Origin: Mobula hypostoma
Lineage: Eukaryota
Assembly (NCBI RefSeq): GCF_963921235.1
Contig: NC_086097.1
Span: forward strand, 46,750,001 to 46,814,000
Direction: 5' to 3'
DNA length: 64,000 nt
How positions within the stretch are numbered: position 1 is the stretch's first letter; each line of letters begins with the position of its first letter. The notes below the pieces were generated by a model. That model searched no databases. It saw only the letters and a program-made list of their open reading frames with translations, and was not told the origin of the DNA. The translations under genes were made by a program, and so were the position numbers. Below, piece after piece: positions 1 through 11,689 of the stretch.

Positions 1-1321
1 AGGTCTCAAAGCTCTCCGCTTCTTTTTGGATTCCAGACCTAATCAGTTCCCCCCTACCACCACTCTGCTCCGTCTAGCGGAATTAAATTAGTCCTTACTC
101 TTAATAATTTCCCCTTTGGCTCCTCCCACTTCGTCCAAACTAAAGGTGTAGCTATGGGCACCCGTATGGGTCCTAGCTATGCCTGCCGTTTTGTTGGGTT
201 TGTGGAACAATCTATGTTCCGTGCCTATTCTGGTATCTGTCCCCCACTTTTCCTTCGCTGTATCGACGACTGCATTGGTGCTGCTTCCTGCACACATGCT
301 GAGCTCGTTGACTTTATTAACTTTGCTTCCAACTTTCACCCTGCCCTCAAGTTTACCTGGTCCATTTCCGACACCTCCCTCCCCTTGCTAGATCTTTCTG
401 TCTCCATCTCTGGAGACAGCTTATCCACTGATGTCTACTATAAGCCTACTGACTCTCACAGCTATCTGGACTATTCCTCTTCTCACCCTGTCTCTTGCAA
501 AAATGCCATCCTCTTCTCGCAATTCCTCCGTCTCCGCCGCATCTGCTCTCAGGATGAGGCTTTTCATTCCAGGACGAGGGAGATGTCCTTTTTTAAGGAA
601 AGGGGCTTCCCTTCCTCCACCATCAACTCTGCTCTCAAATGCATCTCCTCCATTTCACGCACATCTGCTCTCACTCCATCATCCCGCCACCCCATTAGGA
701 ATAGGGTTCCCCTGGTCCTCAACTACCACCCCACCAGCCACCGGGTCCAACATATTATTCTCCGTAACTTCCGCCACCTCCAACGGCATCCCACCACTAA
801 GCACATCTTTCCCTCCCCCCATCTCTGCTTTCCACAAGGATCGCTCCCTACGCGACTCGCTTGTCCATTCGTCCCCCCCATCCCTCCCCACTGATCTCCC
901 TCCTGGCACTTATCCTTGTAGGTGGAACAAGTGCTACACTTGCCCTTACACTTCCTCCCTTACCACCATTCAGGTCCCCAGACAGTCCTTCCAGGTGAGG
1001 CGACACTTCACCTATGAGTCGGCTAGGGTGATATACTGTGTCCGGTGCTCCCGATGTGGCCTTCTATATATTGGCGAGACCCGACGCAGACAGGGAGACC
1101 GCTTTGCTAAACACCTACGCTCTGTCCACCAGAGAAAGCAGGATCTCCCAGTGGCCACACATTTTAATTCCACATCCCATTCCCATTCTGACATGTCTAT
1201 CCACGGCCTCCTCTACTGTAAAGATGAAGTCACACTCAGGTTGGAGGAACAACACCTTATATTCCATCTGGGTAGCCTCCAACCTGATGGCATGAACATT
1301 GACTTCTCTAACTTCCGCTAA
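1..1321 (+). mobile_element. Penelope-like retroelement, 3' part of ORF (RT C-terminus plus GIY-YIG endonuclease), frameshifted
   Basis: RT motifs GTRMGPSYA, LRCIDD (YIDD-like), LDL, YYKPTDSHSYL in ORF 154-894; C-x2-C/CYTC linker and VIYCVRCSRCGLLYIGET GIY-YIG in ORF 431-1321. Confidence 0.92.
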
Positions 1322-1752
1322 TGCCCCACCTCCCCCTCGTACCCCATCTGTTATTTATTTTTATACACACATTCTTTCTCTCACTCTCCTTTTTCTCTCT
1401 CTGTCCCTCTGACTATACCCCTTGCCCATCCTCTGCGTCCCCCCCCCCACCTCCTTGTCTTTCTTCCCGGACCTCCTGTCCCATGATCCTCTCATATCCC
1501 TTTTGCCTATCACCTGTCCAGCTCTTGGCTCCATCCCTCCCCCTCCTGTCTTCTCCTATCATTTTGGATCTCCCCCTCCCCCTCCCACTTTCAAATCTCT
1601 TACTAACTCTTCCTTCAGTTAGTCCTGACAAAGGGTCTCGGCCTGAAACGTCGACTGCACCTCTTCCTAGAGATGCTGCCTGGCCTGCTGCGTTCACCAG
1701 CAACTTTGATGTGTGTTGCTTGAATTTCTAGCATCTGCAGAATTCCTGTTGT
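1322..1752 (+). repeat. PLE 3' terminal repeat (pseudo-LTR) with hammerhead motif
   Basis: Follows the stop codon; pyrimidine-rich; near-identical copies at 30210-30640 (-), 30893-31289 (+), related at 54985-55380. Confidence 0.85.
1621..1656 (+). ncRNA. Minimal type I hammerhead ribozyme motif, core mutated (CUGACAA)
   Basis: AGTC-CTGACAA-AGGGTCTCGGCCT-GAAA-C-GTC-GACT; helix I AGTC/GACT. Confidence 0.7.
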
Positions 1753-1899
1753 AAGCAAAGCAATGGGCTAACTAGGTAAATAGTAGACTTGAACAAATTA
1801 AACAATCACGTCCTCAAACCCGACCTCCACTAATAGCAGATAAAATTCACGAAGGGAGTGTATGTATGATCAGAGAGAAAAAAAAGTTACATTAAATGA

Positions 1900-3405
1900 A
1901 AATATTGAATAAAAGATCTCCAGTTCTGTTCAAATTTAACTGAAGTATCATAAAGATTACTTCTGATTTTTTTCCAAATTTAGACATAGTATCATTTGAG
2001 AGAACCAAAAAAATGTAGTTGGGGCATTAACCTCCTTCCAATGTTGTAGAATACATCTTTTCGCCATTACAGTGAGAAATGCAATCTTTCTACTCGCTGA
2101 GGGGGATAAATTTCTAGAAGTTTTAGGTAATCCAAAGATAGCAGTAATAGGATGGGGAGAAATATCACTATTCAAAACCTTTGAGATAATATTAAAAATG
2201 TCTTTCCAAAAAGTTTCCAGATTAGGACAAGACCAAAGCATGTGGATCAAGGAAGCTATCTCCCCATCATATCTATCACAAAGAGGGTTAATATGAGAGT
2301 AAAACGAGCTAATTTATCTTTAGACATGTGTGCTCTATGGACAACTTTAAATTGAATTAAGGAGTGTTTGGAACAGATAGAGGAAGTATTAACTAGTTGT
2401 AAAATATTAGCCCAGCCATCCGCCAGGATAGAAAGGCCCAATTCCTTTTCCCAGTCAGTCCTAGTCTTATCGAATGGAGCTTTCCTAAGTTTCATGATAG
2501 TATTATAAATAATAGCCGTTACACCTATCTGACATGGGTTGAGGTTAATGATAGCATCTAAAATATTTGTAGGGGGTAACGTCGGAAAGGAAGAAAATAT
2601 GGTATTTAGGAAATTTCTAACTTGCAAATATCTAAAAAAATGTGTGCTTGGTAAATTTATTTGTTAGATAACTGTTCAAAAGACATAAGGGAGCCATCTG
2701 ATAGTAAGTCCAAAAACTGTGATATACCATTAGTCTTCCAAATTTGAAAGGCACGGTCCATAGAGGAGGGGAGAAACAATATATTGACAATAATAGGAAT
2801 TGCTAGCACAAATTGATTAAGATTGAAAAATTTTCGGAATTGAAACCAGATGCGTAAGGTATGTTTAACTATCGGGTTGCAAACCTGCCATATAACGTTT
2901 CAAATCGGAAGGAAGAGAAGATCCTAATATAGAGCCAAGCGCATAGCATTGAACAGAATGTAATTCCAATACTACCCATTTAGGAATGGATAGTATATCT
3001 TGGTCAAGTAACCAAAATTTCATGTGTCGAATACTAATTGCCCAATAATAAAATCTAAAGTTAGATAATGCCAAGCCTCCATCTCTGTTAGCTTTCTGTA
3101 GATGTATTCTACCCAATCTCGGGTTTTTATTTTGCCAAATAAATTAAGAGAGTTTGGAGTCTACTTTATCAAAAAAGGATTTTGGAACAAAAATCGGTAA
3201 TGTCTGAAATATATATAAAAATTTTGGTAGAATAAACATCTTAACAGCATTAATACGACCAGTCAAAGTTAAATAAAGTGGAGACCATTTAAAGGAAAGT
3301 TGTGTAATGTGGTCAATTAAGGGTAAGTAATTAGTCTTAAATAAATCCTTATGTTTACAGGTAATTTTAATCCCAAGATATGAAAAATGATTATTAACCA
3401 ATCAA
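1900..3405 (-). mobile_element. L1-clade LINE ORF2 3' fragment, degenerate
   Basis: FSYLGI, GRINAVKMFILPKFLY, GGLALSNFRFYYWA, QFKVVHRAH, HMLWSCP across ORFs 1957-3401. Confidence 0.88.
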
Positions 3406-3574
3406 AACGGCAGGTTCTGATACAAAGATAGAAGTTATTCAAGGGGCATTTCAAAATGCTTTTTTCTAGCCAGTCCAGTTGACTTCTTGCATGGAGGATG
3501 GAGCAAACCATCAGTATGTCACTAAGAGTTATGATTAGTAGACTTAACAGCTAGAAAATGGACTATTGATATAG

Positions 3575-3776
3575 AGACAACACACACAAAATGCTAGAGG
3601 AACTCAGCAGGCCAGGCAGCATCTATTGAAAGGAATAACAGTGAGTCCTGCTGATGGGTCTTGGCCATAAACATCAACTGTTTATTCCTTTCCACGGATG
3701 CTGTCTGGCCTGCTGAGCTCCTCCAGCATTTTGTGTGTGTTGCCTTGGATTTCCAGCATCTGCAGATTTTCTCGTG
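3575..3776. mobile_element. Fold-back element made of PLE terminal sequence, with TSD
   Basis: Inverted arms ~3578-3642 and ~3677-3742 around a degenerate hammerhead; TSD TATTGATATAG at 3564-3574 and 3777-3787. Confidence 0.85.
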
Positions 3777-4017
3777 TATTGATATAGTGGCATAGTCTTA
3801 ACTCACACTGGCACTTTGGGATTCGAAGTTCATGTACTGAACTGTGTAGCTACTTATGGTAACCATGAAATTAATGGGTTGTTAAAGAAACCAACGTACA
3901 TCCCTAATGACCTTATTGAAGGAAATCTGCCATTTGAACCTAATATGGCCTATGTATGATTCCAGATTCACCTATGTGTTTGTTTCTTAATTGGCTTCTT
4001 AGTTAAGGAGAACATGG

Positions 4018-7000
4018 TTAATCATCAAATGCCTGATACCCCACTGGTGTTTAGAGTAGCAATGAAGGTCTTCCGTCTATGTCTGTCCTTAGCCGTCATC
4101 TCTGTTGTGCTCCAGGTGTAATTAAGGGTCCTCATTTCTGCCTTTGTGACACAGTGTCAAGTTGTCCTTGGCCCTTCATGGGTCAAATGAAGTTCTGTCT
4201 TGATGATGGAGTTGGTCTGTCTTCTCATCACATGCCCAATCCATCTCCAATGTTTCCTCATGAAGATTGTGGCTATGTCCTCTTAATGACACTGAAGAAG
4301 TAGGGTGTCGTTGGAGATCTTTCTTGGCCAAAAATACAGAGGATCTTCCAGAGGTTCATGGTGTGGAATGACGACAGCTTAGCGAGGTCACTCTCTATCA
4401 TGCACCAGCATTCTGACCTGTATAAAAATGTGGACGAAACACAGCTCTGGTTCAGCTTCAACTTGGTGTGGATGCTGTACCTGGTTGACCTCCTTATGGT
4501 GATCTGAAGATGTTTTAGTTTTGCTAAGTCTGCACTGAATATCATCCTTGGTCCCACCATCCTGCCGAATGATGCTGCCCAGGTAGGTGAATCTGCTGGT
4601 GCTGGGTAAGTTGACGCCATATGCCTTGATGTGAGGAGGAGACCCTATATTGAGGGTCATGTTCTCTGTTTCTCTCTAGCTGACTCTGAATCCAACCTGT
4701 CCGCCAAAGGTGCACAGGTGCTGAGTTTTCTCTTGCATGTGCTGGTGTGTATGTGACAGTAATGTGTGGTTATCCACAAAGTCACGGTCTTCTGAACTAG
4801 AGAATAGAGTCTGTCTAATGACTCTCTCTGCTTTTCTTTTGTTGTTTGCCTCGTAACCCAATCAATCACCAGGTTAAGTAATATTGCCGACATGACACTG
4901 CCTGGGCTGATCCTGTCTTGAGTTCAACTCTCAAATTGCAGTCCCCAACTGTGCAAGTGAAGTTAGTAAAGAAACTCTGGATAAGCTGGACAATTTTGGA
5001 AGGGATCCCATATGATCGAAGAATTCACCAGAGCTCTCCCTGTGGATACTAACAAAAGCCTTTTCAAAGTCCACAAAATGTACATACAGTTGTCTCTGCC
5101 ACTCTGTTTACCGTCTTGTGATGCTATGTGATGTTTTGTGATGTTACGTGCATGAATATCTGGTCAACACAGCCTCTGTTCCTCAAGCACATATCGACAG
5201 CATCTATAATCCATTGAATAATGTCTTTGGCTTGAATCCTGCTGGGCACTGACAGAAGTGTGAAGCCACACCAGTTGTTGCAATCACTTAGCGCTCCTTT
5301 CATGGCGATCTTAACAATAACTCCCTTTGTCCGGTTCTTGGCTACTTGTCCCCGTTCCCAGATTATAGGAAACAGTGGTTGCAGGATGGCTGCTGCAACT
5401 TCTGGTTCAGCTGTGAGCAGTTCAGTGTTCAAGTTGTCATGTCCTGAAGATCGGCTGTTCTGTAATGAATTAATCGCAGCAACAATCTCCTTTCTTGGGT
5501 GGATCTGTGTTGATGTTGAGGTCCTCTGCTGCCTCTTGTAAGTCAGGTTCTTCATCTGGTGGTGGTCTATTCAGTAATTCTCTGAAATATTCTGTCCATC
5601 ATGCTTCTTGATCTTTCTCAGTTGTCAAAAGCAAACTGTTCTTATCTCTCACGGGACCACTGGATCTGGCCTGGAACTTTCCATATAACAATTTTGAAAT
5701 CTGGTATATGTTTACCTGATTACCTCAAGTGGCTGCTGCTTCAGCCTCCTCTGCAAAGTCTTTCTTGTAGACTCTCTTGTCCTTTCCTACAAATCTCTTC
5801 ATTTTCTTGTTAGCTTCAGTGTATGCTAGTTGAAGTTTCTCCTTAATTCGGGTTGACTCTGCATCTAACAACTTCTTCTTAAATTTTTGTCTTTCTTCTA
5901 AGTCTGTACATGTTTCCTGCTGTATCCATTCTTTGTTCTTCTTTCCTGCTCTGTACCTAGACAAGCCTTGCTGCTCTCCTTAAAGAGTGAGGTAGTCTGT
6001 TTCCATATTGTATTGATCCTGTCTGTTGCCACGTCCTTGTCAAGGTCTTGCAAGGCCTGGAGTCTGTTCTTGTGCTGAATGGTGAAAGCAGATTTCACAC
6101 TGGTGTCCTTGAGCTTCTCAACATCTTGTTTGGTCAGGGCATGGAGGGATACGAGGAGAAGGCAGGAGACTGGGACTGAGAGGAAAATTGCATCAGCCAC
6201 GATGAAATGGCGGAGCAGAATCGATGGGCCAAATGACATAATTTTGCTCCAATATATTATGGTCTTATAAAACGTCTTTGTACATGTTCTCTGGCCCCAG
6301 TGCTTCTCAGCTTGAGTTTCATCACTGCTCCAACAGGGTGATGATCACTTCCTCTATCTGCTCCTCTCTTCACCTTTACATCCTGAAAGATCGTCTCCAT
6401 GTAATGTTGATCATTAAATGGTCACATCCATTCGAAGAGCACCATGTCAGTTTGTGGATTTCATGGCGTGGAAAGAGGGTCCCTCCTATGACCAGATTGT
6501 TCATGGCACAGAATTCCACCAGTCATTAACCACTGTTATTCATCGTTCCACATCCATGAGTGCCCATGGCCCCAGTGGAGTGTGAGTTGTTATTTCCCAC
6601 TTTGGTGTTTAGATCTCCCGTGATGATGATTACGTCTCTACCTCTGATTACAGCTGTTTGTAGAAAACATCTGTTTCTTCAATGTCACCGTTGTTAGACA
6701 TTGCACTGGATCACAGTCATGTTCACTTGCTTCCCTTCCAGCCTGACTCTCATCAGCCCACTCACTGTTGATTGGTTTCCACTCCCCCAAGCACTTCTTA
6801 TTGCCTTTCTTCATAACAACAGCTACACCATCATGATGCTGACCATCAGCCCTTCCTGAGTATAAAGCTGTTTCACCAGTTGCTGCCTTTAGTCTGCCAG
6901 ACCCTGTCCATCTGCTTTCCCTGACACCCTGTATACGTAGGTTGTGACAACACATCTCTGCAGATATTTGTGCTAGCTTGCCAGTGTTGTACGTAGTTCG

Positions 7001-7399
7001 TAGATTCCAAAACCCAATGTTGGTCTTGGTCTTGGCAGTGTTCAGGGCTTCCTTCATCATGCCAGTAGCTCCCTCTCATTTTTCACTACTATCAGTCATA
7101 CAAATCCCAGTGGAGACTCGGGAATACTGTCGCACACAGATGTGGAAGGAATCTTCATTGCTGTTTCCATAACAATTTTTTTGACCAGTCAGGGTTGTTA
7201 GCTCTGAGCTGAACCCCCGAACCTGGAGGACTAGTGGATCACTCTTCGTCTGGCCTCTACCCTTTGACCTGTTTGGCATGGGTGACCCTACCAAGACTCA
7301 AAGCACAAGGCCCTGACTCCAGCCAACATAACTCTCAGGGTTATTCAGGCACAGAAGCCTCCAAACTCTCCAACAAGGTTGTGGTCCTCTTGGGGGAGC
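4018..7399 (-). mobile_element. Full-length degenerate RTE-clade LINE (APE plus RT)
   Basis: IGFWNLRT...ESRWTGSG APE N-terminus (6638-7060); RT KGALSDCNNW, RGCVDQIF, FTYLGS; TSD AGAACATGG at 4009-4017 and 7400-7408. Confidence 0.88.
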
Positions 7400-7747
7400 A
7401 GAACATGGGGGTGGACAATATGTGCTACTTGGCAATCCCAGTTATGTCCGTATCCTATGGTAGTATGTAATAAGTCTAAGGAAAAGTTCTACTCATTTTA
7501 CAGTATTGAAGAGTTTTTGTAATTAATAGGAACTGAAAAATGTGACCATGATCTGAATGTAAAAGAGCATGTTTTGAAATCTTTTTTCAATTGAATTTTT
7601 TTTCAATTGAATTGACTTTATTTCTTACATCCTTCACATACAAGAGGAGTTAAAATCTTTATGTTACATCTCTGTCTGAATGTGCAATGTGCAAATGATT
7701 GCATAGTTTTATAAAGCATTGTAATCAATATGCAGTCACTGGTAAAA

Positions 7748-7941
7748 ATCCAATCAGAAACAAGAGAAGATCTGCAGTTGCTGGAAATCCAAGCAACACA
7801 CACAAAATGCTGGAGGAACTCGGCAGGCCAAGCAGCTTGTATGGAAAAGAGTACAGTCGACGCTTTGGCCAGAAACATTAACTGCTTACTCTTTTCCACA
7901 GATGCTGCCTGGCCTGCTGAGTTCCTCCAGCAAGTTGTATG
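7748..7941. mobile_element. Fold-back element made of PLE terminal sequence, with TSD
   Basis: Inverted arms meeting at CAGTCGACGCTTTGGCCAGAAACATTAACTG; TSD AGTCACTGGTAAAA at 7734-7747 and 7942-7955. Confidence 0.85.
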
Positions 7942-8139
7942 AGTCACTGGTAAAATTTACTTCTAAAATACAGTTGGTCATCATGTTCATTCAGAAGTGT
8001 ATAAGTTACTGCATTCATTATGATTATTAGTCAGAACAGTGGCTGAGCAACAGAGAACCATAAAAACTTGTCTTCATGTGTTAGCATAAGTAATTTATTT
8101 TAATTACTAAATCTATTAACTGTGTCTTTTATTTCCCAG

Positions 8140-8258
8140 GGTAGCACTGCGTTGTGGCTTTTTCCAATAACTCAACATTTGTTCGATTTTATTAATGAAA
8201 ATGAAAATGAACTTGAATCAAAACTCAGAGCGTTATTCGAGGACTGTCCAGAGATTGG
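8140..8258 (+). CDS. EXOC3L4: Penultimate coding exon of Sec6-family gene, EXOC3L4-like
   Basis: Acceptor tttatttcccAG, donor GTAAAT; GSTALWLFPITQHLFDFINENENELESKLRALFEDCPEIG resembles the Sec6 C-terminal GS.A.WL...YPDI exon; phase 2 end fits the next exon. Confidence 0.75.
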
Positions 8259-8690
8259 GTAAATTGCATTCAAGTGCTCTAGTTTAAGAGTTTTTCATAT
8301 TGAGGTTATGGAGCTAGAAATTACATTGCACCTGAAGAGGTACGGTAAGCCAGTGCTGAGTTTGAGAGTGGGGGAGGACTATGCCAACTGAGTGCACCAG
8401 TCTTTAGCAGTGACACTCTCATATGCCTGAGGCCCGGCGCACAATGACGTTGCTCGCCCTTGTAGACCATGACAAGGAAATCACAGCAAGCCAAACAGTG
8501 GTGAGGAAATGGAATGAGAGGCCTGGACAAGAAGAAGGGGAAGGTGGAGGGGCAGGTCCACAGAGGGATAGCAGAATATGGAGGGTCACATAGGGGTTTG
8601 GGCTGAGTTAGTGGTTTTTACTTGAAGAGGAAAGATGGTGCAAGCAGAGCATCAGAGCGCTGAAGAATGGGCTGGCTGAAAAGGTTAATA

Positions 8691-8812
8691 GAGGGTCTCA
8701 GCCCAAAATTTCAACTGTACTCTTTCCCATAGATGCTGCCTAGCCTGCTGAATTCCTGCAGCATTTTGTGTGTTGCTTGGATTTCCAGCATCTGCAGATT
8801 TTCTCTTGTTTG
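8691..8812 (+). repeat. PLE terminal-repeat fragment
   Basis: gggtctcagcccaaaatttcaactg...gatgctgcctagcctgctg...ccagcatctgcag. Confidence 0.7.
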
Positions 8813-9360
8813 AGGTCAATGGAGGGGTTGGGATGATGTTATGTAATAACCACTAAGGAGATCTCTTAAAGGAGAAGTGGATGTGACCAGATTGGACCCC
8901 TTTAAGTAACTTGGAAATGGACCACTCGGTCTCCAGTTAAAGCCTATATCAGTGTGTGAGATCTGTATTGCTTCCAAGTTTTGTGTATGCAGAATGCCTT
9001 TGTGCTCTGTCTGTGATCTGATTTCACTGCATGTGCTTGGGTGCTTTTGGCTTTTAGTGATCAGGCTTTTGGTAAAATTCCACCAAATAATGTAGAAAAC
9101 ACTGCAGTTTCAAAAACGCAAGGACCTGAGAATTGGAAATGTGAAATGGACTTGGACTTTGGCCTTGTAATTAATTTGCCTTTGCTTAAATTGTTTATTA
9201 GTAAATTGCAATCATGGATCCAAAATTGCATGTGAAGAAATAATATTTCAAGTATGTGTTTCACAAGATGCTTTATACATTCTCTGCTTAATAATGCAGG
9301 ATATTATTTAATGTTTATTTACTTTGGCCAAGTTTTAGCTTCTCTAATCTTAGCAATGTA

Positions 9361-10060
9361 TTTTTTTATTTTTTTATTTTTTTTATATATAATTTTTATT
9401 AAATTTTCAAAAAGAATACATGAAAAGATAAAATCTACCCCCCCTCCCCTTAACCCTCCCCCCCCCCATATATAGTCCTACCTAAAAGATATTGGAAGGT
9501 TTCCACATGCTCCATGGGATTCAAAATAAATTTGGTATAATTATTCGTTACTTTCCCCAAGTAACCAAATTCTTTGTCGGAGCACTTAAATATGACATCC
9601 TATCTTTTGTAAATAAGGGTGCCAAATATTCAAGAATGTTACATAATTATCTCTTAAATTATAAGTAATTTTTTCAAGTGGAATAGAACTAGCCATTTCA
9701 TTATTCCAACGATCCATACTTAAATACGAATCAGATTTCCAAGTAACTGCTATAGTCTTCTTAGCTACTGCCAATGCAATTTTTATAAATTCTTTCTGAT
9801 ATTTATTCAATTTAAGTTTCGGTTTTATCCCTTCAATATCACCTAATAGAAAGCAATGTATTTTAAATCTGTTGGTGAACTTGTGTATTTTGGCTGAAGT
9901 TCTGAGCCCGAGCCCTGCAATTCTGGTGATGTTTCCATTTCTAAGCTTCCGTTTTGACTTTTTCTCCTCTTGAGAACTAATTGCAATTTTCTGCAGCAAC
10001 GTCGTTCTTTCCTCCTGAAGTTTAGGCTGCGCCAAATTCCTACCTCAACTATTCGCTAAC
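9361..10060 (-). mobile_element. L1 3' end with poly(A), apparently joined to 5'/ORF1-like sequence
   Basis: T-tract 9361-9385; ORF 9586-10035 ends with L1 ORF2 C-terminus (AKKTIAVTWKS..WNNE..LEKITY..W.PYL). Confidence 0.7.
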
Positions 10061-10179
10061 TATTGTTGTGGCTATCTGCTTTCACCGTGCCTGTCTTGAA
10101 TCCTCTTAAATACTTGCAGTTCACATCTCAGCGAATGTATATCTTAAATAAATTCTCATTATTAATGCTTATTTTGCAG

Positions 10180-10366
10180 CGAAGAACATATTTCAGCCCT
10201 CCTCCATTTACGTGGAATTTCAAAAGGACAAAAGAAAAACAATTTAATGAAATATTTCAACCAACTGAAGAAGAATTCAAAAGATCCAATAGAAACTACA
10301 CACCCATTACTTTTTGAAAAAATAACCACTGGATCAGGGACCTGGTTGCCATCTAGTCCATTTTAA
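10180..10366 (+). CDS. EXOC3L4: Terminal coding exon of EXOC3L4-like gene
   Basis: Acceptor ttattttgcAG; (G)EEHISALLHLRGISKGQKKNNLMKYFNQLKKNSKDPIETTHPLLFEKITTGSGTWLPSSPF* matches the H+.A+L.LR and LFE.I ending of EXOC3L4/TNFAIP2; AATAAA at 10822. Confidence 0.75.
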
Positions 10367-11689
10367 AGTCAAAGTGATAATCCACAAACAGAATACTTTT
10401 GCAGAATAGTAGTACAAGAAGGATAACTTCATTGTCTGATGCCTATTGATCAGACAATTTACATTGATCAGTTACTTTTAACATAAATCAGAATTGCCTT
10501 TGTGAAATTTAATGATTGTATTGAGACTATTTATAAAACCAAATTACTGCATGTCATTATAGGGATTAAGTACTTGACAATGAGATCCCTATTAATATTG
10601 AATAATAACTTCTGTTTGTGAGGGGAGACTCTACAAAGCACCCTTGTGAAATGTAGATTCTTTACTGTGTCTGCAGACAAAAGTAAACTTATACCCATGC
10701 ATAACCTGTTCATAACGGGGTCCCTAGGATCATGAAACATCTGCCAAATTCGGTTGCTTCAGGTCTTTAGTCAGCTGCTTTTGAAGTGAAATAACCACAA
10801 ATCTCCAGTTTAAATCAAACAAATAAAACACTAGAAATGAGGCAATAGTAGTGAGAGAAAAACAAAGTCATGTCAAAACAGGCTAGTGTAATTTCTTTCA
10901 CCTTCAATAAAATAACACTATCAGATTCGTCTTCACTTCTCCTTCACTTTCAGCATTCTGAAAGGACTGTTCCTCCCCAACTCTGTCTCATCTTCCCATC
11001 TTCACATCTCACATCACCTTCCCTCAGAAGTAACACCACCCCTGTTAACTCTTCCCTTCCTATCATCCCAGTCCCCAGGGAGTTCTTCCAGGTGAAGTGC
11101 TAATGCACTTGCGATTTAAACATTGGTCCTCATTATGTTATCCCAACTGTATGCCCCTTTTCCAAATTTTCCCAATTCCAAAGAACACTATTGACCTGAA
11201 ACATTGTCCCTGTTCCTCTCTATACAACTGCTGCCAAATCTACTGAGTAATCTGGCATATTTTGTTTTTATTTGAGATTTTCACTATCTGAAGATTCTTG
11301 CTTGTATGCTCCAGAGAAATTAATTCCCTTTCCCTTTTAGAAGAATCTAAAATTGTGGAATATCAAGGTGTTTAACTGAGTGGTGGTTGGCAGCAGATGA
11401 GAAACTGGTAGTTCCTTTGCAAACAGAAACCAAGCAAAATGCAGTTGATTGATCGACCATAGGTAATTCATCCTGAGAATAATTTTGCATTTATGATTGG
11501 GACACAAACCTGACTACACTGTTCAAACTCAAAAATTATATCATCCAGTAGGAAGAATGAGTGAGTGAACCATCAGCACCTGCATTCTCCTCTCTAAGTT
11601 TTACATTACCCATACTCATTGGCTCTGCTCACCTTTGCAAGGACAATTAGGGAAGCCGATAAATGCTGACCTAGTCAGAAATGCTAGTC

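Noticed and set aside
1321..1731. Recurring 100-180 aa ORFs (also 30099-30635, 30893-31195)
   Set aside because: Low-complexity translations of the PLE terminal repeat; frames are not conserved between copies
10063..10317. 84-aa ORF in the track
   Set aside because: Wrong frame; the Sec6-like peptide is in the frame starting at 10181
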